A stretch of 64,000 nt of DNA from a virus. The position numbers and the translations under genes were made by a program. Within the stretch, counting starts at the first letter, position 1, and the number at the start of each line of letters is the position of its first letter. A model generated the notes under the pieces. It saw nothing but the letters and a program-made list of their open reading frames with translations, was not told the origin of the DNA and did no database searches. Shown piece after piece: positions 63,820 to 64,000 of this stretch. The stretch is taken from positions 1 to 64,000 of IMG/VR virus record IMGVR_UViG_3300020021_000004; one strand, 5' to 3'.

Positions 63820-64000
63820 TCAGTCGCCAAGGCGTCGCTGAAGGACCCGAAGAATCGAGGTTGTCTCCGTCATCTGCTGCTTGAGGGTCGTGCCGTGGCC
63901 CCTCTCCAGAGCGTTGACGATGCCTCCAAAGCGGTCCACCTGCGACTTCATCGACGTGACGTTGTCCAAGAGGGTCGCAATGCCCCGCTCCCAAGCCGAA
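63820..64000 (-). CDS. 3' end of a hypothetical protein entering from the window edge
   Basis: Open frame ...SAWERGIATLLDNVTSMKSQVDRF...RRLGD*, stop at 63820-63822. Confidence 0.55.
   Translation of the reverse strand, partial: SAWERGIATLLDNVTSMKSQVDRFGGIVNALERGHGTTLKQQMTETTSILRVLQRRLGD

Larger units (their letters stand above)
1..64000 (-). mobile_element. Large myovirus (jumbo-type) genome segment: virion morphogenesis region
   Basis: Co-oriented sheath, tube, chaperone, tape measure, hub, spike, neck and fibre genes plus HNH endonucleases, UvrD and MT-A70; no host housekeeping genes. Prophage versus free phage cannot be determined. Confidence 0.92.

Noticed and set aside
63598-63994. Track ORFs 63598-63816 and 63806-63994
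   Set aside because: Other frames (63635-63799 and 63820-64000) give more protein-like sequence and fit the promoter spacing.
1-64000. Alternative genetic code (stop reassignment)
   Set aside because: TAA, TAG and TGA all end genes, and the standard code gives dense, intact coding.
1-64000. tRNA/rRNA genes, introns, inteins, integrase/att sites
   Set aside because: No cloverleaf, rRNA, intein termini or recombinase motifs recognised by eye; a covariance-model scan was not run.

Overview
The whole window is part of a large (jumbo-type) contractile-tailed phage genome with high GC. About 60 tightly packed genes all lie on the minus strand. In transcription order (right to left): small early-type genes; probable head-associated proteins; a fibre cluster (a 2220-aa Asp/Thr/Ser repeat protein, four lectin-like proteins sharing a C-terminal repeat tag, and a methyltransferase-glycosyltransferase-TPR enzyme); neck genes, including an actin-like ATPase and a Dps/ferritin-like gene; a 1421-aa tail sheath; an inserted UvrD helicase and MT-A70 methylase; tail tube, chaperones and tape measure; baseplate hub and spike (truncated at the window edge). 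Three free-standing homing endonucleases interrupt the module. Most notable candidates: (1) a possible neck-anchored giant repeat fibre with plug-in receptor-binding subunits and a dedicated glycosylation enzyme; (2) four structured leaders with 6-nt-phased AGAUNN tracts, one in front of a DUF5659-like gene; (3) a spike gene with no canonical start codon under a perfect 17-bp inverted repeat; (4) an actin homolog inside the neck operon; (5) recurrent K/R-x-A and YSY(D/N)R peptide tags. All family assignments come from reading motifs by eye; no database searches were run.
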